Assembly (NCBI GenBank): GCA_032718475.1
Contig: JAUCBJ010001720.1
Coordinates: 62,001 to 126,000 of the forward strand
Reading direction: 5' to 3'
Source of the DNA: Nemertoderma westbladi
Taxonomy: Eukaryota; Animalia; Xenacoelomorpha
Length of the DNA: 64,000 nucleotides
The notes under the pieces are model-generated. The model searched no databases. It was given only the letters and a program-made list of their open reading frames with translations, and was not told where the DNA came from. Within the stretch, counting starts at the first letter, position 1, and each line of letters opens with the position of its first letter. Shown here piece after piece: positions 36,505 to 52,042 of the stretch. A program made the position numbers and the translations under genes.

Positions 36505-37593
36505 CTGGGGAAAGAAAGGGATATAGGGAATTATTGGGAAAAATCTAGTTGCACTATAGATTGCTATATTTAGATATTATCTGAAGGCTAATAAGAAAAT
36601 GTCTCAATGAATACAAAACATCATCGCCAAACTACAAGGAGACTGTGGAGAAAATATTAGATTTTTTTTCTTCACCCCAAAATGAGTTAAAAAACAGTGC
36701 AGGTTTAGTTAATTAAGAAACAGAGTGGGTTCATAAACATCCATTATCACACCTACAGTATCTTTTGGCAGTTACATGTAGCCAAGAATGTACAAAGCAT
36801 AATTTGTTTATTACTCGAAATTACTGACTTTCCGGGTAGGTGTAATTCGACCGATTTCCATTTTCCCTTCCTTAGTTTATAGTTTATTTAAAGTGCCAGA
36901 AGTCGTCTACTAATAACAACACGGACTTACAACCATTAAAAAGACTTATGATATTCAATAACTTGCCTGGGGCAATCCAAATTTGATTTCTAAAATGTTG
37001 GTCTTAGCAGCATTACGAATAAACCAACATTGGAAGTGCCTGCTCGAATTGCCGAGCAGTCTTAAAGCCCCATCCAATGTTTATGATATTAAACCAAGAT
37101 CATTAGACAAGCCGATCTCTGTCTTTCTAGTGTAATTTGTAGTTTTCCACGATATTTACTACAACCAGGGGGTTGTATTTCCACCATATTCGCAGCAAAA
37201 AGTCAACCATAATAAAGAATAGGAAAGGAGGGTGGAGGGGGGGGGGGGGGGGGGGATTTCAGCTAGAAGGAACCCCATCAAGGGTCGGTAGATACAAATG
37301 TTGTGGAACCATCATGCAGTGATTTGATTGGTTGATCGGGGATCCCATAGGTATCAAGGCGATTAATCATACACAGGCGGGAGTTAAAGGCTTCGAACAT
37401 TTCTGTAAGATGATTGCTGGATGCCTGTCTTGCAGGCAACTCCCAATTTGAGCATAATAGCCAACCTAACACACCTGCGATTAGTGTAGCAGACTGAGGT
37501 AGGCAATGTAAAATATTCTGGAACAGTACCTCATCAATAAATGGTCGCAGCAGATTAGCTACAATGAAGGAAGGGTAAGCAATGTTAACCAAC

Positions 37594-37773
37594 CTGTATA
37601 ACTGGATTAGCGAACTCAGGTCGTAGATACTGAATATCGTCTATCGGAACGGGTTCGGAGTTTCCGAAATCGATGTATTTACAGAGGGGCGGCTGGGGTG
37701 GACTGTAGGATTCCACAATGATTCGGTACCAACAACCGTCATCAGAGTATAGACCAGCATATATATTGCCAAT
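37594..37773 (-). CDS. Multi-Tudor protein, exon with the first Tudor core (not in the ORF track)
   Basis: IGNIYAGLYSDDGCWYRIIVESYSPPQPPLCKYIDFGNSEPVPIDDIQYLRPEFANPVIQ; TTTCAG acceptor and CAG|GTTGGT donor; phases 0/0. Confidence 0.92.
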
Positions 37774-38140
37774 CTGAAAGTAATCGGTATTATTAATAGT
37801 AATATATAATAAAAGTAATCACATACGATAATGAAAGAAGATATACAGCAACTCAGATCTTGGTGATTAAATAGAACATCATAAACTCAGAAAATAGTGC
37901 AGATAAAATCATCACTGTTGCTGAATTATAATAAATATCAATAAAAAGTTCAATAAATTAAAACCAATGGTGAGACATATCGTATCATTCATACCTATAA
38001 CAATCAATAAGTTGTAATAATAAGCAGTAATAAGTTGTCCATAATCGCAAATACTCACCCAACATGGCAATAGCAAGGGCATGAATAAGTGTGTTACTCA
38101 ACTAAAATTTTGTTGATCAAGTTTTAATATTTCAACTTAC

Positions 38141-38320
38141 CTCAATAATTGGATGTGTTCTAGAATTGTATTGGTTGTAATACTGCATCATACTCTCCAT
38201 CATCTGGTCTAATGTAACAGATGTTGCCATTAGTTGCACGTAGAAGTCTAGAGGTCCGACCGAATGGCTAACGGCGACGTCTTCTTGGGACCCAATATCA
38301 AAATTATACGTGGGCAGATT
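38141..38320 (-). CDS. Multi-Tudor protein, most 5' confidently assigned exon (not in the ORF track)
   Basis: TTTTATCTTTAAG acceptor; NLPTYNFDIGSQEDVAVSHSVGPLDFYVQL..LDQMMESMMQYY (extended-Tudor N-terminal strand and helix); donor GAG|GTAAGT. No start codon before the Tudor-fold sequence, so a phase-0 upstream exon is expected. Confidence 0.9.
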
Positions 38321-38639
38321 CTTAAAGATAAAATAATAAAATGAAATAATAATATTGCACAGTAATAAAGTGAAATCGAGACGTCAGTTATTGTAATAAG
38401 TTAATTTCAGTCAAAATATATCACCACTGTTTTGATTCAAACTTAGGGACCATTGAATAAGAATTTACAGTTTAAACACAGAATACTTAATGAGTTTAAA
38501 CACAGAATACTTAATATGAAGTATTCCATTGTCCAAACCAAACGTACAACTTCTAAATGCGATGCAGTTGTAATTACTATGTTAATTAAGTTAATGGCGT
38601 AAACCACCGCGCTAATTGTCAGACTAACTGTCAGGCTAA

Positions 38640-41600
38640 CTGTCATTGTCAGAGTACATACTGTCATTGATTGTCAGAGTACATACTGTCATTGATTGTC
38701 AGAGTACATACTGTCATTGTCAGAGTACATACTGTTATTGACAGAGTACATACTGTCATTGTCAGAGAACATACTGTCATTGTCAGAGTACATACTGTCA
38801 TTGTCAGAGTACATACTGTCATTGACAGAGTACATACTGTCAATGTCAGAGTACATACTGTCATTGTCAGAGTACATACTGTCATTGTCAGAATACATGC
38901 TGTCATTGTCAGAGTACATACTGTCATTGTCAGAGTACATACTGTCAATGTCAGAGTACATACTGTCATTGTCAGAGTACATACTGTCATTGTCAGAGTA
39001 CATACTGTTATTGACAGAGTACATACTGTCATTGTCAGAGTACATACTGTTATTGACAGAGTACATACTGTCATTGTCAGAGAACATACTGTCATTGTCA
39101 GAGTACATACTGTCATTGTCAGAGTACATACTGTCATTGACAGAGTACATACTGTCATTGTCAGAGTACATACTGTTATTGTCAGAGTACATACTGTCAT
39201 TGTCAGAGTACATACTGTTATTGACAGAGTACATACTGTCATTGTCAGAGTACATACTGTTATTGACAGAGTACATACTGTCATTGTCAGAGTACATACT
39301 GTCATTGTCAGAGTACATACTGTTATTGTCAGAGTACATACTGTCATTGTCAGAGTACATACTGTCATTGACAGAGTACATACTGTCATTGTCAGAGTAC
39401 ATACTGTTATTGTCAGAGTACATACTGTCATTGTCAGAGTACATACTGTTATTGACAGAGTACATACTGTCATTGTCAGAGTACATACTGTTATTGACAG
39501 AGTACATACTGTCATTGTCAGAGTACATACTGTCATTGTCAGAGTACATACTGTTATTGACAGAGTACATACTGTCATTGTCAGAGTACATACTGTTATT
39601 GACAGAGTACATACTGTCATTGTCAGAGAACATACTGTCATTGTCAGAGTACATACTGTCATTGTCAGAGTACATACTGTCATTGACAGAGTACATACTG
39701 TCAATGTCAGAGTACATACTGTCATTGTCAGAGTACATACTGTCATTGTCAGAATACATGCTGTCATTGTCAGAGTACATACTATCATTGTCAGAATACA
39801 TACTGTCATTGATTGTCAGAGTACATACTGTTATTGTCAGAGAACATACTGTCATTGTCAGAGTACATACTGTCATTGATTGTCAGAGTACATACTGTTA
39901 TTGTCAGAGAACATACTGTCATTGTCAGAGTACATACTGTCATTGTCAGAGTACATACTGTTATTGACAGAGTACATACTGTCATTGTCAGAGTACATAC
40001 TGTCATTGATTGTCAGAGTACATACTGTTATTGTCAGAGAACATACTGTCATTGTCAGAGTACATACTGTCATTGTCAGAGTACATACTGTCATTGTCAG
40101 AGTACATACTGTTATTGACAGAGTACATACTGTCATTGTCAGAGTACATACTGTCATTGTCAGAATACATACTGTCATTGTCAGAGTACATACGGTCATT
40201 GTCAGAGTACATACTGTCATTGACAGAGTACATACTGTCATTGACAGAGTACATACTGTCATTGATTGCCAGAGTACATACTGTCATTGTCAGAGTACAT
40301 ACTGTCATTGTCAGAGTACATACTGTTATTGACAGAGTACATACTGTCATTGTCAGAGTACATACTGTCATTGATTGTCAGAGTACATACTGTTATTGTC
40401 AGAGAACATACTGTCATTGATTGTCAGAGTACATACTGTTATTGTCAGAGAACATACTGTCATTGTCAGAGTACATACTGTCATTGATTGTCAGAGTACA
40501 TACTGTTATTGTCAGAGAACATACTGTCATTGTCAGAGTACATACTGTCATTGTCAGAGTACATACTGTTATTGACAGAGTACATACTGTCATTGTCAGA
40601 GTACATACTGTCATTGATTGTCAGAGTACATACTGTTATTGTCAGAGAACATACTGTCATTGTCAGAGTACATACTGTCATTGTCAGAGTACATACTGTC
40701 ATTGTCAGAGTACATACTGTTATTGACAGAGTACATACTGTCATTGTCAGAGTACATACTGTCATTGTCAGAATACATACTGTCATTGTCAGAGTACATA
40801 CGGTCATTGTCAGAGTACATACTGTCATTGACAGAGTACATACTGTCATTGACAGAGTACATACTGTCATTGATTGCCAGAGTACATACTGTCATTGTCA
40901 GAGTACATACTGTCATTGTCAGAGTACATACTGTTATTGACAGAGTACATACTGTCATTGTCAGAGTACATACTGTTATTGACAGAGTACATACTGTCAT
41001 TGTCAGAATACATACTGTCATTGTCAGAGAACATACTGTCATTGTCAGAGTACATACTGTCATTGTCAGAGTACATACTGTTATTGACAGAGTACATACT
41101 GTCATTGTCAGAGTACATACTGTCATTGATTGTCAGAGTACATACTGTTATTGTCAGAGAACATACTGTCATTGTCAGAGTACATACTGTCATTGATTGT
41201 CAGAGTACATACGGTCATTGTCAGAGTACATACTGTCATTGTCAGAGTACATACTGTCATTGTCAGAGTACATACTGTTATTGACAGAGTACATACTGTC
41301 ATTGTCAGAGTACATACTGTCATTGTCAGAATACATACTGTCATTGTCAGAGTACATACGGTCATTGTCAGAGTACATACTGTCATTGACAGAGTACATA
41401 CTGTCATTGACAGAGTACATACTGTCATTGATTGCCAGAGTACATACTGTCATTGTCAGAGTACATACTGTCATTGATTGCCAGAGTACATACTGTCATT
41501 GTCAGAGTACATACTGTCAATGTCAGAGTACATACTGTCATTGTCAGAGTACATACTGTCATTGTCAGAATACATACTGTCATTGTCAGAGTACATACTG

Positions 41601-44600
41601 TCATTGTCAGAGTACATACTGTCATTGTCAGAATACATACTGTCATTGTCAGAGTACATACTGTCATTGTCAGAGTACATTCTGTGATTGTCAGAGTACA
41701 TACTGTCATTGATTGTCAGAGTACATACTGTCATTGATTGTCAGAGTACATACTGTCATTGTCAGAGTACATACTGTCATTGTCAGAGTACATTCTGTCA
41801 TTGTCAGAATACATACTGTCATTGTCAGAGTACATACTGTCATTGTCAGAGTACATACTGTCATTGTCAGAATACATACTGTCATTGTCAGAGTACATAC
41901 TGTCATTGTCAGAGTACATTCTGTGATTGTCAGAGTACATACTGTCATTGATTGTCAGAGTACATACTGTCATTGATTGACAGAGTACATACTGTCAATG
42001 TCAGAGTACATACTGTCATTGTCAGAGTACATACTGTCATTGTCAGAGTACATACTGTCATTGTCAGAGTACATTCTGTCATTGTCAGAGTACATACTGT
42101 CATTGTCAGAGTACATACTGTCATTGACAGAGTACATACTGTCAATGTCAGAGTACATACTGTCATTGTCAGAGTACATACTGTCATTGTCAGAATACAT
42201 ACTGTCATTGTCAGAGTACATACTGTCATTGTCAGAGTACATACTGTCATTGTCAGAATACATACTGTCATTGTCAGAGTACATACTGTCATTGATTGTC
42301 AGAGTACATACTGTCATTGACAGAGTACATACTGTCATTGTCAGAATACATGCTGTCATTGTCAGAGTACATACTGTCATTGATTGTCAGAGTACATACT
42401 GTCATTGACAGAGTACATACTGTCATTGTCAGAGTACATTCTGTCATTGTCAGAATACATACTGTCATTGTCAGAGTACATACTGTCATTGTCAGAGTAC
42501 ATACTGTCATTGTCAGAATACATACTGTCATTGTCAGAGTACATACTGTCATTGTCAGAGTACATTCTGTGATTGTCAGAATACATACTGTCATTGTCAG
42601 AGTACATACTGTCATTGTCAGAGTACATACTGTCATTGTCAGAGTACATACTGTCATTGTCAGAATACATACTGTCATTGTCAGAGTACATACTGTCATT
42701 GTCAGAGTACATACTGTCATTGTCAGAATACATACTGTCATTGTCAGAGTACATACTGTCATTGTCAGAGTACATTCTGTGATTGTCAGAATACATACTG
42801 TCATTGTCAGAGTACATACTGTCATTGTCAGAGTACATACTGTCATTGTCAGAGTACATACTGTCATTGTCAGAATACATACTGTCAATGTCAGAGTACA
42901 TACTGTCATTGTCAGAGTACATACTGTCATTGTCAGAATACATACTGTCATTGTCAGAGTACATACTGTCATTGTCAGAGTACATACTGTCATTGTCAGA
43001 ATACATACTGTCATTGTCAGAGTACATACTGTCATTGATTGTCAGAGTACATACTGTCATTGACAGAGTACATACTGTCATTGTCAGAATACATACTGTC
43101 ATTGATTGTCAGAGTACATACTGTCATTGACAGAGTACATACTGTCATTGTCAGAGTACATTCTGTCATTGTCAGAATACATACTGTCATTGTCAGAGTA
43201 CATACTGTCATTGTCAGAGTACATACTGTCATTGTCAGAATACATACTGTCATTGTCAGAGTACATACTGTCATTGTCAGAGTACATTCTGTGATTGTCA
43301 GAGTACATACTGTCATTGATTGTCAGAGTACATACTGTCATTGATTGACAGAGTACATACTGTCAATGTCAGAGTACATACTGTCATTGTCAGAGTACAT
43401 ACTGTCATTGTCAGAGTACATACTGTCATTGTCAGAGTACATTCTGTCATTGTCAGAGTACATACTGTCATTGTCAGAGTACATACTGTCATTGACAGAG
43501 TACATACTGTCAATGTCAGAGTACATACTGTCATTGTCAGAGTACATACTGTCATTGTCAGAATACATACTGTCATTGTCAGAGTACATACTGTCATTGT
43601 CAGAGTACATACTGTCATTGTCAGAATACATACTGTCATTGTCAGAGTACATACTGTCATTGATTGTCAGAGTACATACTGTCATTGACAGAGTACATAC
43701 TGTCATTGTCAGAGTACATTCTGTCATTGTCAGAATACATACTGTCATTGTCAGAGTACATACTGTCATTGTCAGAGTACATACTGTCATTGTCAGAATA
43801 CATACTGTCATTGTCAGAGTACATACTGTCATTGTCAGAGTACATTCTGTGATTGTCAGAGTACATACTGTCATTGATTGTCAGAGTACATACTGTCATT
43901 GATTGACAGAGTACATACTGTCAATGTCAGAGTACATACTGTCATTGTCAGAGTACATACTGTCATTGTCAGAGTACATACTGTCATTGTCAGAGTACAT
44001 TCTGTCATTGTCAGAGTACATACTGTCATTGTCAGAGTACATACTGTCATTGACAGAGTACATACTGTCAATGTCAGAGTACATACTGTCATTGTCAGAG
44101 TACATACTGTCATTGTCAGAATACATACTGTCATTGTCAGAGTACATACTGTCATTGTCAGAGTACATACTGTCATTGTCAGAATACATACTGTCATTGT
44201 CAGAGTACATACTGTCATTGATTGTCAGAGTACATACTGTCATTGACAGAGTACATACTGTCATTGTCAGAATACATGCTGTCATTGTCAGAGTACATAC
44301 TGTCATTGATTGTCAGAGTACATACTGTCATTGACAGAGTACATACTGTCATTGTCAGAATACATACTGTCATTGTCAGAGTACATACTGTCATTGTCAG
44401 AGTACATACTGTCATTGATTGTCAGAGTACATACTGTCATTGTCAGAGTACATACTGTCATTGTCAGAATACATACTGTCATTGTCAGAGTACATACTGT
44501 CATTGTCAGAGTACATACTGTCATTGTCAGAATACATACTGTCATTGTCAGAGTACATACTGTCATTGATTGTCAGAGTACATACTGTCATTGACAGAGT

Positions 44601-47600
44601 ACATACTGTCATTGTCAGAATACATGCTGTCATTGTCAGAGTACATACTGTCATTGATTGTCAGAGTACATACTGTCATTGACAGAGTACATACTGTCAT
44701 TGTCAGAATACATACTGTCATTGACAGAGTACATACTGTCATTGATTGCCAGAGTACATACTGTCATTGTCAGAGTACATACTGTCATTGATTGCCAGAG
44801 TACATACTGTCATTGTCAGAGTACATACTGTCAATGTCAGAGTACATACTGTTATTGACAGAGTACATACTGTCATTGACAGAGTACATACTGTCATTGT
44901 CAGAGTACATACTGTCATTGTCAGAATACATACTGTCATTGTCAGAGTACATACGGTCATTGTCAGAGTACATTCTGTCATTGTCAGAGTACATACTGTC
45001 ATTGTCAGAGTACATACTGTCATTGTCAGAGTACATACTGTCATTGTCAGAGTACATACTGTCATTGTCAGAGTACATACTGTCATTGTCAGAGTACATA
45101 CTGTCATTGTCAGAATACATACTGTCATTGACAGAGTACATACTGTCATTGATTGCCAGAGTACATACTGTCATTGTCAGAGTACATACTGTCATTGATT
45201 GCCAGAGTACATACTGTCATTGTCAGAGTACATACTGTCATTGTCAGAGTACATACTGTCATTGTCAGAATACATACTGTCATTGACAGAGTACATACTG
45301 TCATTGATTGCCAGAGTACATACTGTCATTGTCAGAGTACATACTGTCATTGATTGCCAGAGTACATACTGTCATTGTCAGAGTACATACTGTCATTGTC
45401 AGAGTACATTCTGTCATTGTCAGAGTACATACTGTCATTGTCAGAGTACATACTGTCATTGTCAGAGTACATACTGTCATTGTCAGAATACATACTGTCA
45501 TTGTCAGAGTACATACGGTCATTGTCAGAGTACATACTGTCATTGTCAGAGTACATACTGTCATTGTCAGAGTACATACTGTCATTGTCAGAGTACATAC
45601 TGTCATTGTCAGAGTACATACTGTCATTGACAGAGTACATACTGTCATTGTCAGAGTACATACGGTCATTGTCAGAGTACATACTGTCATTGTCAGAGTA
45701 CATACTGTCATTGTCAGAGTACATACTGTCATTGTCAGAGTACATACTGTCATTGTCAGAGTACATACTGTCATTGACAGAGTACATACTGTCATTGATT
45801 GCCAGAGTACATACTGTCATTGATTGTCGAGTACATACTGTCATTGTCAGAGTACATACTGTCATTGTCAGAGTACATACTGTCATTGATTGTCAGAGTA
45901 CATACTGTCATTGATTGTCAGAGTACATACTGTCATTGTCAGAGTACATACTGTCATTGTCAGAGTACATACTGTCATTGTCAGAGTACATACTGTCATT
46001 GTCAGAGTACATTCTGTCATTGTCAGAGTACATTCTGTCATTGTCAGAGTACATACTGTCATTGTCAGAATACATACTGTCATTGTCAGAGTACATACTG
46101 TCATTGTCAGAGTACATACTGTCATTGTCAGAATACATACTGTCATTGTCAGAGTACATACTGTCATTGTCAGAGTACATTCTGTGATTGTCAGAGTACA
46201 TACTGTCAATGTCAGAGTACATACTGTCATTGTCAGAGTACATACTGTCATTGTCAGAGTACATACTGTCATTGTCAGAGTACATTCTGTGATTGTCAGA
46301 GTACATACTGTCAATGTCAGAGTACATACTGTCATTGTCAGAGTACATACTGTCATTGATTGTCAGAGCACATACTGTCATTGATTGTCAGAGTACATAC
46401 TGTCATTGTCAGAGTACATACTGTCATTGTCAGAGTACATACTGTCATTGTCAGAGTACATACTGTCATTGTCAGAGTACATACTGTCATTGTCAGAGTA
46501 CATACTGTCAATGTCAGAGTACATACTGTCATTGTCAGAGTACATACTGTCATTGTCAGAGTACATACTGTCATTGTCAGAGTACATACGGTCATTGTCA
46601 GAGTACATACTGTCATTGTCAGAGTACATACTGTCATTGATTGTCAGAGTACATACTGTCATTGACAGAGTACATACTGTCATTGTCAGAGTACATACTG
46701 TCATTGTCAGAGTACATACTGTCATTGTCAGAGTACATACTGTCATTGTCAGAGTACATACTGTCATTGTCAGAGTACATACTGTCATTGTCAGAGTACA
46801 TACTGTTATTGTCAGAGTACATACTGTCATTGTCAGAGTACATACTGTCATTGTCAGAGTACATACGGTCATTGTCAGAGTACATACTGTCATTGTCAGA
46901 GTACATACGGTCATTGTCAGAGTACATACTGTCATTGTCAGAGTACATACTGTCATTGACAGAGTACATACTGTCATTGTCAGAGTACATACGGTCATTG
47001 TCAGAGTACATACTGTCATTGTCAGAGTACATACTGTCATTGTCAGAGTACATACGGTCATTGTCAGAGTACATACTGTCATTGTCAGAGTACATACTGT
47101 CATTGATTGTCAGAGTACATACTGTCATTGATTGTCAGAGTACATACTGTCATTGATTGTCAGAGTACATACTGTCATTGACAGAGTACATACTGTCATT
47201 GTCAGAGTACATACTGTCATTGTCAGAGTACATACTGTCATTGTCAGAGTACATACTGTCATTGATTGTCAGAGTACATACTGTCATTGTCAGAATACAT
47301 GCTGTCATTGACAGAGTACATACTGTCATTGATTGTCAGAGTACATGCTGTCATTGTCAGAGTACATACTGTCATTGATTGTCAGAGTACATACTGTCAT
47401 TGTCAGAATACATGCTGTCATTGACAGAGTACATACTGTCATTGATTGTCAGAGTACATACTGTCATTGTCAGAATACATGCTGTCATTGTCAGAGTACA
47501 TACTGTCATTGTCAGAGTACATACTGTCATTGTCAGAGTACATACGGTCATTGTCAGAGTACATACTGTCATTGTCAGAGTACATACTGTCATTGATTGT

Positions 47601-50600
47601 CAGAGTACATACTGTCATTGATTGTCAGAGTACATACTGTCATTGATTGTCAGAGTACATACTGTCATTGACAGAGTACATACTGTCATTGTCAGAGTAC
47701 ATACTGTCATTGTCAGAGTACATACTGTCATTGATTGTCAGAGTACATACTGTCATTGTCAGAATACATGCTGTCATTGACAGAGTACATACTGTCATTG
47801 TCAGAATACATGCTGTCATTGTCAGAGTACATACTGTCATTGATTGTCAGAGTACATACTGTCATTGACAGAGTACATACTGTCATTGTCAGAATACATA
47901 CTGTCATTGTCAGAGTACATACTGTCATTGATTGTCAGAGTACATACTGTCATTGACAGAGTACATACTGTCATTGTCAGAATACATGCTGTCATTGTCA
48001 GAGTACATACTGTCATTGATTGTCAGAGTACATACTGTCATTGACAGAGTACATACTGTCATTGTCAGAATACATACTGTCATTGTCAGAGTACATACTG
48101 TCATTGATTGTCAGAGTACATACTGTCATTGTCAGAGTACATACTGTCATTGTCAGAGTACATACTGTCATTGATTGTCAGAATACATACTGTCATTGAC
48201 AGAGTACATACTGTCATTGTCAGAATACATACTGTCATTGTCAGAGTACATACTGTCATTGATTGTCAGAGTACATACTGTCATTGTCAGAGTACATACT
48301 GTCATTGTCAGAGTACATACTGTCATTGATTGTCAGAGTACATACTGTCATTGTCAGAGTACATACTGTCATTGTCAGAGAACATACTGTCATTGTCAGA
48401 GTACATACTGTCATTGTCAGAGTACATTCTGTCATTGATTGTCAAAGTACATACTGTCATTGTCAGAGTACATATTGTCATTGTCAGAGTACATACTGTC
48501 ATTGTCAGAGTACATACTGTCATTGTCAGAGTACATACTGTCATTGTCAGAGTACATACTGTCATTGACTGTCAGAGTACATACTGTCATTGACTGTCAG
48601 AGTACATACTGTCATTGACAGAGTACATACTGTCATTGATTGTCAGAGTACATACTGTCATTGTCAGAGTACATACTGTCATTGTCAGAGTACATACTGT
48701 CATTGTCAGAGTACATACTGTCATTGTCAGAGTACATACTGTCATTGATTGTCAGAGTACATACTGTCATTGTCAGAATACATACTGTCATTGACAGAGT
48801 ACATACTGTCATTGATTGTCAGAGTACATACTGTCATTGTCAGAGTACATACTGTCATTGTCAGAGTACATACTGTCATTGTCAGAGTACATACTGTCAT
48901 TGTCAGAGTACATACTGTCATTGATTGTCAGAGTACATACTGTCATTGTCAGAATACATACTGTCATTGACAGAGTACATACTGTCATTGATTGTCAGAG
49001 TACATACTGTCATTGTCAGAGTACATACTGTCATTGTCAGAGAACATACTGTCATTGTCAGAGTACATACTGTCATTGTCAGAGAACATACTGTCATTGT
49101 CAGAGTACATACTGTCATTGTCAGAGTACATACTGTCATTGATTGTCAGAGTACATACTGTCATTGTCAGAATACATACTGTCATTGACAGAGTACATAC
49201 TGTCATTGATTGTCAGAGTACATACTGTCATTGTCAGAGTACATACTGTCATTGTCAGAGAACATACTGTCATTGTCAGAGTACATACTGTCATTGTCAG
49301 AGTACATACTGTCATTGACTGTCAGAGTACATACTGTCATTGACAGAGTACATACTGTCATTGATTGTCAGAGTACATACTGTCATTGTCAGAATACATA
49401 CTGTCATTGACAGAGTACATACTGTCATTGTCAGAGTACATACTGTCATTGTCAGAGAACATACTGTCATTGTCAGAGTACATACTGTCATTGTCAGAGT
49501 ACATACTGTCATTGACTGTCAGAGTACATACTGTCATTGACTGTCAGAGTACATACTGTCATTGACAGAGTACATACTGTCATTGACAGAGTACATACTG
49601 TCATTGACTGTCAGAGTACATACTGTCATTGACTGTCAGAGTACATACTGTCATTGACAGAGTACATACTGTCATTGATTGTCAGAGTACATACTGTCAT
49701 TGACAGAGTACATACTGTCATTGTCAGAGTACATACTGTCATTGTCAGAATACATACTGTCATTGATTGTCAAAGTACATACTGTCATTGTCAGAGTACA
49801 TATTGTCATTGTCAGAGTACATACTGTCATTGTCAGAGTACATACTGTCATTGTCAGAGTACATACTGTCATTGTCAGAGTACATACTGTCATTGACTGT
49901 CAGAGTACATACTGTCATTGACTGTCAGAGTACATACTGTCATTGACAGAGTACATACTGTCATTGATTGTCAGAGTACATACTGTCATTGACAGAGTAC
50001 ATACTGTCATTGTCAGAGAACATACTGTCATTGTCAGAGTACATACTGTCATTGTCAGAGTACATACTGTCATTGACTGTCAGAGTACATACTGTCATTG
50101 ACTGTCAGAGTACATACTGTCATTGTCAGAGTACATACTGTCATTGTCAGAGTACATACTGTCATTGTCAGAGTACATACTGTCATTGTCAGAGTACATA
50201 CTGTCATTGACAGAGTACATACTGTCATTGATTGTCAGAGTACATACTGTCATTGACAGAGTACATACTGTCATTGTCAGAGTACATACTGTCATTGTCA
50301 GAATACATACTGTCATTGATTGTCAAAGTACATACTGTCATTGTCAGAGTACATATTGTCATTGTCAGAGTACATACTGTCATTGTCAGAGTACATACTG
50401 TCATTGTCAGAGTACATACTGTCAATGTCAGAGTACATACTGTCATTGTCAGAGTACATACTGTCATTGTCAGAGTACATACTGTCATTGATTGTCAAAG
50501 TACATACTGTCATTGTCAGAGTACATACTGTCATTGTCAGAGTACATACTGTCATTGTCAGAGTACATACTGTCATTGTCAGAGTACATACTGTCAATGT

Positions 50601-52042
50601 CAGAGTACATACTGTCATTGTCAGAGTACATACTGTCATTGTCAGAGTACATACTGTCATTGATTGTCAAAGTACATACTGTCATTGTCAGAGTACATAC
50701 TGTCATTGTCAGAGTACATACTGTCATTGTCAGAGTACATACTGTCATTGTCAGAGTACATACTGTCAATGTCAGAGTACATACTGTCATTGTCAGAGTA
50801 CATACTGTCATTGTCAGAGTACATACTGTCATTGACTGTCAAAGTACATACTGTCATTGTCAGAGTACATACTGTCATTGATTGTCAGAGTACATACTGT
50901 CATTGTCAGAGTACATACTGTCATTGTCAGAGTACATACTGTCATTGTCAGAGTACATACTGTCATTGTCAGAGTACATACTGTCAATGTCAGAGTACAT
51001 ACTGTCATTGTCAGAGTACATACTGTCATTGTCAGAGTACATACTGTCATTGATTGTCAGAGTACATACTGTCATTGACAGAGTACATACTGTCATTGTC
51101 AGAGTACATACTGTCATTGTCAGAATACATACTGTCATTGATTGTCAAAGTACATACTGTCATTGTCAGAGTACATATTGTCATTGTCAGAGTACATACT
51201 GTCATTGTCAGAGTACATACTGTCATTGTCAGAGTACATACTGTCAATGTCAGAGTACATACTGTCATTGTCAGAGTACATACTGTCATTGTCAGAGTAC
51301 ATACTGTCATTGATTGTCAAAGTACATACTGTCATTGTCAGAGTACATACTGTCATTGTCAGAGTACATACTGTCATTGTCAGAGTACATACTGTCATTG
51401 TCAGAGTACATACTGTCAATGTCAGAGTACATACTGTCATTGTCAGAGTACATACTGTCATTGTCAGAGTACATACTGTCATTGATTGTCAAAGTACATA
51501 CTGTCATTGTCAGAGTACATACTGTCATTGTCAGAGTACATACTGTCATTGTCAGAGTACATACTGTCATTGTCAGAGTACATACTGTCAATGTCAGAGT
51601 ACATACTGTCATTGTCAGAGTACATACTGTCATTGTCAGAGTACATACTGTCATTGACTGTCAAAGTACATACTGTCATTGTCAGAGTACATACTGTCAT
51701 TGATTGTCAGAGTACATACTGTCATTGTCAGAGTACATACTGTCATTGTCAGAGTACATACTGTCATTGTCAGAGTACATACTGTCATTGTCAGAGTACA
51801 TACTGTCAATGTCAGAGTACATACTGTCATTGTCAGAGTACATACTGTCATTGTCAGAGTACATACTGTCATTGATTGTCAAAGTACATACTGTCATTGT
51901 CAGAGTACATATTGTCATTGTCAGAGTACATACTGTCATTGTCAGAGTACATACTGTCAATGTCAGAGTACATACTGTCATTGTCAGAGTACATACTGTC
52001 ATTGACAGAGTACATACTGTCATTGACAGAGTACATACTGTC
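38640..52042. repeat. 21-bp satellite with 25-bp variants, ~13.4 kb, roughly 600 copies
   Basis: Unit GTCAGAGTACATACTGTCATT; variants carry an extra GATT or GACT. Confidence 0.98.

Noticed and set aside
38058-38082. Alternative tiny first Tudor exon (MPLLLPCW|GTGAGT, - strand)
   Set aside because: Phase-compatible, but it would drop part of the first Tudor fold and has no other support.
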